20,000 nt of DNA. It comes from Chiloscyllium plagiosum. Taxonomy: Eukaryota. Position numbers and translations under genes: made by a program. Below, piece by piece: positions 19,722-20,000 of this stretch; the stretch's first letter is position 1; every line of letters starts with the position of its first letter. Location: assembly GCF_004010195.1 (NCBI RefSeq), contig NC_057719.1, forward strand, positions 12,676,971-12,696,970, written 5' to 3'. The notes beneath the pieces were generated by a model, which made no database searches, had not been told where the DNA came from, and saw only the letters and a list, made by a program, of their open reading frames with translations.

Positions 19722-20000
19722 ATAATTCAAGGTAGGGAAGTAGGAAGTTGGAAGAACATAGCAAGCCAAGCAGCATTATGAGGTGGAGAAGTCAATGTTT
19801 CGAGTGTAACCCTCATTCAGGACTGGGGATGGGTGTAAGAGGAGCTGCAGATAATGGAGTTGGGGGGATTGGTAAGGTAGGGATAGGTGAGCACGGATAG
19901 AGGGTATGAACTGGTTGGTCAGTGGGAGGAATAAATACGGTTGGTAGCTGATAGGAAGGGTCGGTCAGAGGAATGGAAGGGAGGGGGAGGGGCTGGAAAG
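19722..20000 (-). mobile_element. Penelope-like element 3' region/pLTR, running off the window
   Basis: Minus strand CAGTCCTGAATGAGGGTTACACTCGAAACATTGACTTCTCCACCTC..ATGCTGCTTGGCTTGCT, preceded by a C-rich stretch typical of shark PLE 3' regions. Confidence 0.7.

Overview
Eukaryotic, AT-rich, non-coding DNA. The repeat complement (HE1/V-SINEs, HER1-like CR1 LINEs, L2, RTE, Rex1/Babar and Penelope remnants) points to a cartilaginous fish, probably a carpet or bamboo shark (inference from recalled repeat consensuses). I found no host protein-coding gene: the ORF track is explained by decayed retroelement fragments, a minisatellite and chance ORFs. Roughly half the window is nested, degenerate retrotransposon debris. 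Notable items: (1) a ~1.1 kb compound minisatellite (29-bp core + (GT)n; 26 cores) with a clean 110-bp inversion bounded by TAGA/TCTA, variant higher-order structure and 10 identical 43-bp units; (2) a Penelope-derived ~170-bp fold-back and three other Penelope ends carrying degenerate minimal hammerhead-ribozyme cores; (3) two HE1 SINEs inserted in the same orientation about 12 bp apart in homologous positions of one LINE family; (4) several repeat-free, motif-rich blocks that may be conserved enhancers. Repeat boundaries were read by eye and are approximate.
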